Shown one piece after another: positions 35,938 to 44,665 of a DNA stretch of 64,000 nt. The position numbers and the translations under genes were made by a program. Where the stretch lies: NCBI GenBank assembly GCA_905181715.1, contig CAJIYT010000022.1, positions 26,466 through 90,465 of the forward strand, read 5' to 3'. The notes beneath the pieces are model-generated. The model was given only the letters and a program-made list of their open reading frames with translations, was not told the origin of the DNA and did not search any database. The number at the start of each line of letters is the position of its first letter. Position 1 is the stretch's first letter. This DNA comes from an uncultured Candidatus Poseidoniales archaeon. GTDB lineage: Archaea; Thermoplasmatota; Poseidoniia; Poseidoniales; Poseidoniaceae.

Positions 35938-37698
35938 ATGGGGATACTTGTGTCAGGTCTGCGATTCACAGCCGATGCACGGCAAGGTGCAACGAGATAT
36001 TTGCATGCGGGTGTTGAAATATCAGCTCCTTTTACTGAATCTCGGCTAATATTACGTTTTCCTCGCTGGGTCCCAGGGTCATATATGCTCAGAGAGCCGC
36101 TACAATTCATGGATTCTATTACCGTTCATGACGCGGAGGGATCTAAACTAAAATGGCAAAGAATAGATGTCGACGGATTAAAAATCACCATTCCTACCGG
36201 TTGTGAAAAAGTGATTATTGGTTATCGACTACTAGCTACTATGATGTCTGTAAGAGCAACCCACATCGACGATTCACATCTGCATTTAATGCCACCATTC
36301 ACTTGGTGGATACCGGAAAGTGGTATTGCAAAGAGTAGATTATCCGAAGTTCACTCGATTGACATAAAGGTACCGGAAGAGTGGTCCATCTCCACTCAGT
36401 TGGATGGGTCAGCAGGAACTTACACAGCAGATGGGCGCGATGAATTACTCGATGGAATCATCGAAGCAAATGCAAACCCAGAAATCTCATGGCAGGTAAA
36501 GGGTATCGAACAAAAACTAAAGATTTGGGATTCAGGTGGAACGCCCTTCTCTGCTGAAATGATCAATAAATTCATCGACAAAGCAACTCTTGTAATCGAA
36601 GAACATTACGGCCTTTTCGGCATCCCGCCATGGAAGGATTATCTGACAATTATTCACTTGACTGATTCTGCGAGAGGGGGGCTAGAACATATGCGCAGTC
36701 AAACCTCTATGGTGCCGCGTAGTTCTCTTTGGTCGACTGATTCTGATGAATGGCGTGACCTCATCAGTTTATTCAGCCATGAGTTCCTTCACCAGTGGAA
36801 TGTGAAAAATCTGAGACCACGCAACTTCTTGGACTATGATTTGCAGAAAGAAGTGCATACCGACCTCCTATGGTGGTTTGAAGGTGGAACCTCATGGCTT
36901 GGGGATTTGATTTGCTTACGCAGTGGCGCCTGGGACATCAAGGATTGGAAAGAGGAATGGAAACTTAAGATCAAACGACACCTCACCAATAATGGCTCTG
37001 ATATTGAATCATTGCAAGAATCCAGTAATGATGCATGGATACACCTATATCGGCCTAATTCACATGCTCGGGAAAGTCGAATCTCGTATTACCTCGAAGG
37101 CGAATTGGCATTGTTTTGTCTCGACGTCGAGTTACGTAAGCGTTCGAAGGGACTACACGGTCTTGACGAAGTGATGGCAGACCTGTTCCACAACCATGGA
37201 CTCGCTTCCGAGTCACCAGGAATCAATCATTCTGATATCCGTCGTGCAATTACCAGCAAAAAGGGCTGCCGCAGATTAGGAGTATTGCTCGACGATGCGG
37301 TAAGTCAGCGAGAAATGCCTGACCTCGCCCGAGCAATCAAATCATTGGGAATGGAAATGATTCCAGATAAGGGAGAGAAGGGGGGCTGGCTAGGAATTGA
37401 ATGTAGTGAGAAAAACTCAGCACTATTCGTCAGAACCCATTTGGCAAAATCACCTGTTAGAGATCTATTGAACACCGGTGATGAGATAATAGCTCTCGAT
37501 GGTATCCGCATCAATTCCAAAAAGCGTATGAATGCATATCTTAAGGGAAAAGCAGATTCTAACTGTACTATAACCATCGCTAGACAAGGCAATATCAAGA
37601 AAATAGAGGTAAAAATAGCCTGTGATCCTGATTATGCAATCAAATTGAAAGGTGACGGAAATAGCCTATGGCGAAGTATAATTGCCAGCAGGCGTTGA
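35938..37698 (+). CDS. M61 glycyl aminopeptidase-family metallopeptidase with C-terminal PDZ domain
   Basis: HEFLHQWN zinc motif, WWFEGGTSWLGD, and a C-terminal PDZ-like segment (GWLGIECSEK...GDEIIALDGIRIN). Confidence 0.65.
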   Translation: MGILVSGLRFTADARQGATRYLHAGVEISAPFTESRLILRFPRWVPGSYMLREPLQFMDSITVHDAEGSKLKWQRIDVDGLKITIPTGCEKVIIGYRLLATMMSVRATHIDDSHLHLMPPFTWWIPESGIAKSRLSEVHSIDIKVPEEWSISTQLDGSAGTYTADGRDELLDGIIEANANPEISWQVKGIEQKLKIWDSGGTPFSAEMINKFIDKATLVIEEHYGLFGIPPWKDYLTIIHLTDSARGGLEHMRSQTSMVPRSSLWSTDSDEWRDLISLFSHEFLHQWNVKNLRPRNFLDYDLQKEVHTDLLWWFEGGTSWLGDLICLRSGAWDIKDWKEEWKLKIKRHLTNNGSDIESLQESSNDAWIHLYRPNSHARESRISYYLEGELALFCLDVELRKRSKGLHGLDEVMADLFHNHGLASESPGINHSDIRRAITSKKGCRRLGVLLDDAVSQREMPDLARAIKSLGMEMIPDKGEKGGWLGIECSEKNSALFVRTHLAKSPVRDLLNTGDEIIALDGIRINSKKRMNAYLKGKADSNCTITIARQGNIKKIEVKIACDPDYAIKLKGDGNSLWRSIIASRR

Positions 37699-38109
37699 TT
37701 AAGCCAATTCTTCGAGTGTAGCGAAAATCGGTGGAAGGTCGCTGCCAATTGTGTGCTTACTTGTTTTTGGAGGATATAACTCATCGCTGAGCGCCATATC
37801 AACAATATCTTGTTTTGTAATAGACTCAAGGTCACGCCCTGGCCAAACAGTTACTGAAATTCTATCATCAGTAAGGTAATCCAACATAATTGCTGGTATT
37901 TTACTCAAATTCAAACAGCGTGCTACATCAAATCTATGATGGCCATCTAAAATCGTCAAAGAGATACTATCGACCAAAAGTGGTTTGGTAAAACCACCCC
38001 ATTTCTGAGTCATTTCAAGCAATTTGTCACGATTTTTCTCTTTAATCTCCTCATGAGGATGGAGGATAGACACATCTACCAATTCGACATCCACTTCAGA
38101 CCAAGACAT
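37699..38109 (-). CDS. ParB/sulfiredoxin-like nuclease-domain protein (stand-alone)
   Basis: ILHPHEEIK...LLVDSISLTILDGHHRFDVARCLNLSKIPAIML resembles the ParB N-terminal/Srx fold with DGHHR in place of GERR. Confidence 0.45.
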   Translation of the reverse strand: MSWSEVDVELVDVSILHPHEEIKEKNRDKLLEMTQKWGGFTKPLLVDSISLTILDGHHRFDVARCLNLSKIPAIMLDYLTDDRISVTVWPGRDLESITKQDIVDMALSDELYPPKTSKHTIGSDLPPIFATLEELA

Positions 38110-38235
38110 GGTTATTCGACCTGAGTCAGAGGGATAATGCTTTGCAAGTCACGTGCTCGCCATTGTCTAGGGGCTGGGTTAATGCTGGGGCGGGAGGCTG
38201 ATTTACAGGGCCAAGAAGCACCCGGTTTACTCAAA

Positions 38236-39453
38236 ATGGATGCTGACCTAACTGCTGTTATCGAACGTCTGGCACAAGCAGGCGCAGGAGTTTGGATCGT
38301 AGGAGGGGCCGTACGTGATGCAATACTGGGTTTGAATTCGAGCGAGTTCGACCTAGCCGTCGATATCCCCCCGCATGAAGTTCTCGAGATATTCACCGAT
38401 GCTATCGCTACGGGATTGAAATACGGAACGGTTACTATACGTTCAGGTAATTCATTGTTTGAAACTACAACCACTCGCACTGAAGCCGAATATGGCGATG
38501 GGCGCCGTCCAGAAATCGTCGAATGGGGCACCTCACTAGCTGATGACCTCTCACGCAGAGACTTGACAATCAATGCCATGGCATGGGATCCTCTTCGAGA
38601 AATTCTTTACGACCCATATCAAGGTGCTCTCGATCTTGAAGATAGAGTCTTACGAGCGGTAGGTAATGCTAATTCTCGTTTATCAGAAGATGGTTTACGG
38701 ATAATGCGTGTCTACCGTTTCATGGATAGAGGGTTCGACAGCCCTTGGTTACCTGAGAGAGAATTGTCAGGCGCACTCATAAAATGTCTTCATATGCTGA
38801 AAAAGGTCTCAAACGAAAGAATCTGGAGCGAGTTTCAGAGAATAATACTTGGTAAGAATGCAAGTGAAGTACTAATGAGAATGCATCTTGATGGAGCTTT
38901 AAAAGCCATTTTTGGCACAGATTTGGAAGTTGATGAACGTATTTCAAAATGCTCACAACATCTCCCTAGCCGTATGAGTATATTATTCTCTAATATCGCC
39001 ACCGATGAGGTAAAGAAAATCATGGCTAATCTGAAAGCATCGACTGCAATCGGAGCCAAAACCATAAGATTACACTATCTAAGAAATGATATTCCTTCAC
39101 CAAAAGAAGTCAATCTATATCGCGAGGTAATGGGCGATGATGTCCTCGCTCATCTCGAAGTTTTGACCATCCTTAACCCAGATACTGAATTCTCAGAAAT
39201 AGAAAAACAGGTGCGGCAAATCGAACCGGGAATCAAGCCATTGGCCACTGGAGATTGGTTGATGAATCAGACTGGAATAATACCCGGCATGAGATTAGGA
39301 CATCTCAAGGAATGGCTACATCGGATTCAAATCGATAGATCATTTACCGATTTATCACAAATCGAAACGGTGTTGTGCACTTTAGCCTGGCAAGATGGCG
39401 ATTCAAAACTATGGCCTAAATTACGTTGGCCAAACAAGCCATCAGATTCATGA
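38236..39453 (+). CDS. Class II (bacterial/eukaryal-type) tRNA nucleotidyltransferase family protein (CCA-adding / poly(A) polymerase head and neck)
   Basis: VWIVGGAVRDAILG...EFDLAV (GGxVRD plus DxD), RRDLTINAMA, DPYQGALDLEDRVLRAVG...EDGLRIMRVYRF. Start trimmed to the ATG at 38236. Confidence 0.7.
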   Translation: MDADLTAVIERLAQAGAGVWIVGGAVRDAILGLNSSEFDLAVDIPPHEVLEIFTDAIATGLKYGTVTIRSGNSLFETTTTRTEAEYGDGRRPEIVEWGTSLADDLSRRDLTINAMAWDPLREILYDPYQGALDLEDRVLRAVGNANSRLSEDGLRIMRVYRFMDRGFDSPWLPERELSGALIKCLHMLKKVSNERIWSEFQRIILGKNASEVLMRMHLDGALKAIFGTDLEVDERISKCSQHLPSRMSILFSNIATDEVKKIMANLKASTAIGAKTIRLHYLRNDIPSPKEVNLYREVMGDDVLAHLEVLTILNPDTEFSEIEKQVRQIEPGIKPLATGDWLMNQTGIIPGMRLGHLKEWLHRIQIDRSFTDLSQIETVLCTLAWQDGDSKLWPKLRWPNKPSDS

Positions 39454-39454
39454 C

Positions 39455-41227
39455 ATGGAGTGTTCTCCACTTAATGTGTCCGAGGTTACTAATCCAAAAG
39501 AAACCATCAAAGGTGGCGTAATTGGGACTATTATCGCACTTTTTCTTTTAATGATAGGGGAATCGTCCCTTGGTGGCATATGCTGCATGGGTAGTATTTT
39601 TGTCCTCTTTGCAGGAATAGTTCAACAGTCAAATCAGGCCGTAAACACCAAACTTGAAGAACAGTCAAATCAGGCCGTAAACACCAAACTTGAAGCCGTG
39701 AATACGGACCCCTTGGGCGGACTTACTTGGGCAGAAGATGCCAATGGTAATTGGGGTTGGCTAGAGAATATAGATGCTGAAGCGATCGATGCAAGAGCGA
39801 GTGAAATAACCGAGCAAATAAACATCTCACCCGAGGTCATATCAGCCTTACAAAAGACCAACGGCGACCTTGGTTCTTTGAGTACAAATGAATTGAAATC
39901 ATTTTCTACCAGCCTTGGCATGGGTACTTCAAATCGTGAGATTATGGTAAATAATATCAACGATTCCCAAGCTGGAAATAAAATAATCAAAGGAGCACTT
40001 ACAGCAGTTGCAGCCGGTGGAGCAATCACTGCCACAGGGGTAGCAATTGCTGCAAAGCGGGAACTAGCAAAGAAGTCACTAAACAGCGTAGGGAAGCGAA
40101 TTAACAGTATAGATGACGTTGATACATGGCTCAAATCTTCAGGGATAAATGCAAATGAAATTGTTGCTTTAATCGACCCTGATGGAAGTGGTGCAGTTGA
40201 TGCTGCTGAGTTCGCCGCCTTCACCAAAATGCACACTGGTACTATTATCCCAAGTTGGATGGTAAAGCAGATTTTCGATAAAATCGAGCCTGGAAATAGA
40301 GGCACTATTAGCATAGCAGCAATGTTAGCACACTTGGAAAGTATTGGTATCGAAATTGAAAAACCAGAGGTAGAGGATTCTATTGCAGATGGCTCTGATG
40401 AGGGTAGCGACCAATTTCGAGTAGGCGATCGATTGGAAGCGGTGGTACTAGGACATCCTGATACTATCGCTGTAGCTTCAATTATTGCCATTGAAGGCGA
40501 TAATCTCACAATACACTTTGATGGCTGGAATAGCAATCACGATTATACAACCACTGCTGATGATTTGGATATACGTCCAGTAGGCACTCAAGAGGCACGT
40601 GGAGAGGAATTGCACCCTCCCTATCGTCATGTAGGGGAATTCGATTGGAACCAATATCTGGCCCAGATTGGTGCACGTGCTGCACCGGAAGCAGCCTTTT
40701 CAACCGCTAAGGAGAGCGAGGAGTCTGATTTAGAAGAAATCAATACTGAAGAGGAAGTTGAAACTGAGGATGAAGTTGAAACTGAGGATGAAGTTGAAAC
40801 TGAGGATGAAGTTGAAGAAGTTGAAACTGAGAATGAAGTTGATGATGACGATGATGATGACGACGATGATGAATACGGTGGCATCGATAGTAAGTTGGAG
40901 TTAATCATTGAAGAATTAAACGTTACAAAACTACGTGGTGAGCGTGAACAACTCATTTTGGAGAAGAATTCAACGTTCAAATCCTATCTCAAAATAATCT
41001 CAATACAACGTACCTTGATTGCAGAAGGAGATTATCGTGGTGGCAATACTGCAACTGCTTTACTCGACGGAGGACCTTTCACTGCAAAATTCCAGTTTAA
41101 ACTCGCAGATAGCGCAAATCTTCCTGAAATTAGTAGTAATTCAGATGTAAAGGTATTATGTGAACTACTAGACTACCAAAGTGCGATTAAATCGGCGCAA
41201 TTATTAGTTACAAGAATCCTTGATTAA
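39455..41227 (+). CDS. Membrane-anchored repeat protein with EF-hand loops, an MBT/Tudor-like domain and a poly-acidic (EVETED/poly-D) tract
   Basis: N-terminal TM helix; tandem QSNQAVNTKLEE repeat; DPDGSGAVDAAEF canonical EF loop; FRVGDRLEAV...IHFDGWNSNHDY...DLDIRPVG; (EDEVET)n-D10. Confidence 0.5.
   Translation: MECSPLNVSEVTNPKETIKGGVIGTIIALFLLMIGESSLGGICCMGSIFVLFAGIVQQSNQAVNTKLEEQSNQAVNTKLEAVNTDPLGGLTWAEDANGNWGWLENIDAEAIDARASEITEQINISPEVISALQKTNGDLGSLSTNELKSFSTSLGMGTSNREIMVNNINDSQAGNKIIKGALTAVAAGGAITATGVAIAAKRELAKKSLNSVGKRINSIDDVDTWLKSSGINANEIVALIDPDGSGAVDAAEFAAFTKMHTGTIIPSWMVKQIFDKIEPGNRGTISIAAMLAHLESIGIEIEKPEVEDSIADGSDEGSDQFRVGDRLEAVVLGHPDTIAVASIIAIEGDNLTIHFDGWNSNHDYTTTADDLDIRPVGTQEARGEELHPPYRHVGEFDWNQYLAQIGARAAPEAAFSTAKESEESDLEEINTEEEVETEDEVETEDEVETEDEVEEVETENEVDDDDDDDDDDEYGGIDSKLELIIEELNVTKLRGEREQLILEKNSTFKSYLKIISIQRTLIAEGDYRGGNTATALLDGGPFTAKFQFKLADSANLPEISSNSDVKVLCELLDYQSAIKSAQLLVTRILD
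39624..39695 (+). repeat. Perfect 36-nt tandem duplication inside a CDS (encodes QSNQAVNTKLEE x2)
   Basis: aacagtcaaatcaggccgtaaacaccaaacttgaag occurs twice head-to-tail, followed by a partial third unit. Confidence 0.8.
40754..40872 (+). repeat. 18-nt tandem coding repeats (gaagttgaaactgaggat x3 plus variants) followed by a poly-GAT/GAC Asp10 tract
   Basis: Seen directly in the sequence; encodes EVETED repeats and DDDDDDDDDD. Confidence 0.8.
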
Positions 41228-42409
41228 TCAAGGCTGAATCGCTCGACTGATGACTATTCTCTGCACCTCTTGGGTGCCTTCATAGATCTGAGTAATCTTA
41301 GCATCTCTAAAGAAACGTTCAACTGGGAAATCGGTGGTATAGCCGTATCCTCCTAGAATCTGGATTGCACGTTCTGACACCCACATAGCTGTATCACCGG
41401 CAAATAATTTTGCCATGCTAGCCTCTTTCGAATGCCGTGGACCAGCGTTTTCATAATGTTCTTGTTTCACTGCTGAAGCCCTATAGACCATCAAGCGTGC
41501 AGCCTCTATTTGAGTCGCCATATCGGCCAGATATGCAGTTATCATCTGATGATGTGCGATGACTTTTCCGAATGCTTCACGTTCGTGGGCATAGCGTAAT
41601 GCTGACTCAAAAGCACCTTGAGCAATTCCTAATGCTTGAGCGGCGATACCGATTCGACTATTGTCTAATGCATTCATTGCGATTGCAAAGCCATTGCCTG
41701 ATCCCTTTAGTACATTCTCGACTGGAACCATACAATCCTCGAGAATTAGAGTACACGTATCTGAAGACCTTATTCCGAGTTTATCCTCTTTCTTTCCAAC
41801 ATTAAAGCCTGGAAAGCCGCTTTCGACGATGAAAGCGGTGCTACCACCATGACGTTTCTCACCATAGTCAGCATGATCGACATCCTTGGCAAAGAGTACT
41901 AATATCCGAGCCTGAGTACCATTTGTCACCCACATCTTCTCTCCATTCAAAACATAATGAGTGCCAGCATCGTTGAGCTTAGCCCGGCAAGACATCGCTG
42001 CTGCATCGGTACCAGCGCCAGATTCTGAAAGCGAATATGCCCCGACTTCACCTGCTACCAAGCGAGGTAAATACTTCGACTTTTGTTCTTCGTCACCGTG
42101 AAGTGCAATCGTCATTGAACACAAGCCCACATGGACACAATACATTACTGCGAACGAGGGATCGACGCGAGCTAACTCTTCAATGATTATCGACTCAGAG
42201 ATATCATCTACTGGAGTACCGCCATATTGTTCTGGTATTGTAACTCCTTGTAGACCAAGGTCTAGAAACTCCTGCCATTCTTCTAATGGTGGAGATTGAG
42301 TACTATCCCGTTGCTTTACTGTTACCGAGAGCACTGATTCTGCAAAATCTCGGACTAGTTCTCTAATCATCGCCTGTTCATCAGTTTCAAAGAAGTGCAT
42401 TGAACACAC
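41228..42409 (-). CDS. Acyl-CoA dehydrogenase
   Basis: Full-length ACAD architecture with YxxGxGTD-like, GGYGY and catalytic-Glu C-terminal region (IYEGTQEVQR). Confidence 0.85.
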   Translation of the reverse strand: MCSMHFFETDEQAMIRELVRDFAESVLSVTVKQRDSTQSPPLEEWQEFLDLGLQGVTIPEQYGGTPVDDISESIIIEELARVDPSFAVMYCVHVGLCSMTIALHGDEEQKSKYLPRLVAGEVGAYSLSESGAGTDAAAMSCRAKLNDAGTHYVLNGEKMWVTNGTQARILVLFAKDVDHADYGEKRHGGSTAFIVESGFPGFNVGKKEDKLGIRSSDTCTLILEDCMVPVENVLKGSGNGFAIAMNALDNSRIGIAAQALGIAQGAFESALRYAHEREAFGKVIAHHQMITAYLADMATQIEAARLMVYRASAVKQEHYENAGPRHSKEASMAKLFAGDTAMWVSERAIQILGGYGYTTDFPVERFFRDAKITQIYEGTQEVQRIVISRAIQP

Positions 42410-42454
42410 CCAGATGGTTGTAGGTCATGATGATTTCCAAGAAAGAACTGAGGA

Positions 42455-42895
42455 TTGATATACCACTTCATTGACGCCGATTTGGGTGGCCACATGGAAG
42501 CTGACGTGATGGAGTTCTCAGTAGCGCATAACCGAAAGTACTCTAAGGAGCATGTTTGGTACCAAGAAAAGGACGAAAGACTGGTAGTCGGCATCTCCGA
42601 TTTCCTCGCTGAAGACATAGGTGAAATCCTCAGGGTGATCCTTAGGCAGGCAGAAAATGAAATCGATGCTGAGGAGAGTATGTTTTCCATCTGGACAGCA
42701 GAAGAAAAACTAACCTTCCCATCGCCATTCAGTGGCATGATTGATGAGGTAAATGGTGAGGTCGAAATCTCACCAGATTTGGTGAATGATTCACCATATG
42801 ACCTCGGCTGGATAATGATCCTAAATCCACACGAATTGGACCTGGAGAACCTCCTTGATGCCGATGAATATGTGGATTATCTCGCAGAGTTGTGA
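42455..42895 (+). CDS. Glycine-cleavage H-protein (GcvH)-like lipoyl-domain protein
   Basis: EHVWY...VGISDFLAEDIGEI...PFSGMIDEVN...VNDSPYDLGWIMIL follows the GcvH pattern; the putative lipoyl-Lys context (TAEEK) is atypical. Confidence 0.5.
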   Translation: MIYHFIDADLGGHMEADVMEFSVAHNRKYSKEHVWYQEKDERLVVGISDFLAEDIGEILRVILRQAENEIDAEESMFSIWTAEEKLTFPSPFSGMIDEVNGEVEISPDLVNDSPYDLGWIMILNPHELDLENLLDADEYVDYLAEL

Positions 42896-42908
42896 GGGAG
42901 ATAATTCA

Positions 42909-43478
42909 ATGAACCCGATTCAAAAACTTCGAGGTAGTCTTGAGAGAGCACCGGTGATTTGGAAAGGGGATTATCCATATTTTATTCACTCTATTACCGA
43001 TGGTGTGCCTCGACTTGAGCCAGAGGTCCTGCAGGCGGTAATCGATTTAGTGGTCGAGAGGGTCGATTGGCAGAAAATAGATGCTATTGTTGGTATTGAA
43101 GCCATGGGGCTGCCAATTTGTGCACCACTGGCATTAGCAGTCAATAAACCGCTCATAATAGTGCGCAAACGCAGTTATGGCCTTGAGGGCGAGGTTAAAA
43201 TCGATCAATCTACCGGCTATTCGAAAGGGGAGATGTACATCAATGACATCAAGGATGGAGAGAGGGTATTCATTATGGAAGATGTGATCTCAACTGGAGG
43301 GACCATGCGAGCGGTTCTAAAGGGATTAGCGAACACCAAGGCTACCGCATCCGTGGTAATGACAGTGGTCGAGAAGGGAGAAGGGATGGCACAATTGAAA
43401 TCCGAGTTTTCTAATACAAACTTTGAATCACTAGTTGCCCTCCACATGGATGGAGCAAAAGTGGTAATACACGACTGA
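42909..43478 (+). CDS. Type I phosphoribosyltransferase (purine/adenine PRTase-like)
   Basis: VFIMEDVISTGGTMRA PRPP-binding motif; GAGGGAG SD 8 nt upstream of the ATG at 42909. Confidence 0.6.
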   Translation: MNPIQKLRGSLERAPVIWKGDYPYFIHSITDGVPRLEPEVLQAVIDLVVERVDWQKIDAIVGIEAMGLPICAPLALAVNKPLIIVRKRSYGLEGEVKIDQSTGYSKGEMYINDIKDGERVFIMEDVISTGGTMRAVLKGLANTKATASVVMTVVEKGEGMAQLKSEFSNTNFESLVALHMDGAKVVIHD

Positions 43479-43487
43479 GGTGAAAAA

Positions 43488-44591
43488 ATGGATTTAGATA
43501 AACACGATTTTGAACTAGATAAGTTGATTGAATCTATCAAATCAAACGATAACCGTCTCATCGCATTACAAGTCCCTGAAGGCCTAAAGATGCAAGCGCT
43601 TTCAATGATGGATTCGATAGAGGATGAAACCTCAGCACAGGTGGTTCTTGCTGCTGACCCCTGCTATGGAGCCTGTGATCTAGTGCACGATAAAATGCGC
43701 ATGATGGGAGTGGAGTTGGTTGCTCACATGGGGCATAGTCAGATGAATATCGACTCGGGAATGCCAACACATTTCATCAATGTAACCTACGATGGCGACC
43801 CCGAATTGTCGCCAGTATTACCGATTCTTGAAAAACATCGAGCCATGGCGCAAGTGCGCTTAGAACAACAAGATGGTTCTTTGAGCGAAAAAGAGGCTCA
43901 AGATAGATTCCTCGATGCTGTTGGCCGTGTTGCACCTTTGAAGGGCAATAAATTAGGTTTAGTTGGAAGCATTCAGCACCTTCACTTGATTTTTGAGTTC
44001 AAGGAGAGATTGGAAAAAGCTGGATTTGAAGTTGAAGTACCGGTTGGTGGTGATAGACTAACTTTCCCAGGGCAGGTACTTGGATGTAATTATTCAGGTG
44101 ATAACGATACTATTGGCCATTATCTATTCCTTGGGAGTGGCGATTTCCACCCGATTGGACTGGTTATGCACACTGGTAAACCATTGGCTTTGCTAGACCC
44201 ATATACCGGCGATTCATCAGAGATGTCACTAGAGAGGATCGAGCGTATCTTAAGACAACGATTCGGATTGATAATGGCTGTGCAAGATGCGCAAACATTT
44301 GCCATACTGATCGGTGAAAAACCAGGACAAATGCGTAGAACTCTAGCCTTGAGAATGAAGAAGTTGCTGGCTAAGCACGGCAAAAAGGGCTATTTATTAG
44401 CTCTCGAACATATCAGCCCCGATTTGATCAGTTTCTATCCAGTAGATGCTTACGTGAATACCGCCTGCCCAAGAATAGCTATCGACGATTCAGTTCGCTA
44501 TGACAAGCCATTGATTACACCGTTTGAACTCGAGGTTTCCTTGGGTGAAAAGAAATGGGAGACTGGCTATCAATTCGATGAAATTCCTTGA
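43488..44591 (+). CDS. dph2: Diphthamide synthase Dph2 (2-(3-amino-3-carboxypropyl)histidine synthase)
   Basis: LIALQVPEGLK...AADPCYGACDL...LVAHMGHS and three-domain repeat organisation with conserved Cys residues. Confidence 0.7.
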   Translation: MDLDKHDFELDKLIESIKSNDNRLIALQVPEGLKMQALSMMDSIEDETSAQVVLAADPCYGACDLVHDKMRMMGVELVAHMGHSQMNIDSGMPTHFINVTYDGDPELSPVLPILEKHRAMAQVRLEQQDGSLSEKEAQDRFLDAVGRVAPLKGNKLGLVGSIQHLHLIFEFKERLEKAGFEVEVPVGGDRLTFPGQVLGCNYSGDNDTIGHYLFLGSGDFHPIGLVMHTGKPLALLDPYTGDSSEMSLERIERILRQRFGLIMAVQDAQTFAILIGEKPGQMRRTLALRMKKLLAKHGKKGYLLALEHISPDLISFYPVDAYVNTACPRIAIDDSVRYDKPLITPFELEVSLGEKKWETGYQFDEIP

Positions 44592-44665
44592 TTAAGGCAT
44601 AACCACGGTTATTTTCCTGAGACACTGATAGAAAGAAACTTTCAACTCAATTACCTGCGCATCCT

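Noticed and set aside
38112-38579. 155-aa ORF overlapping the 5' part of the nucleotidyltransferase gene on the opposite strand
   Set aside because: Ala/Ser/Arg/Pro-rich; the sense-strand gene has strong family motifs; spurious.
39670-40536. 288-aa ORF antisense to the EF-hand/MBT-like repeat protein
   Set aside because: Ala/Ser/Ile-rich low-complexity translation of the opposite strand of a repeat-containing gene; no start context and no motif.
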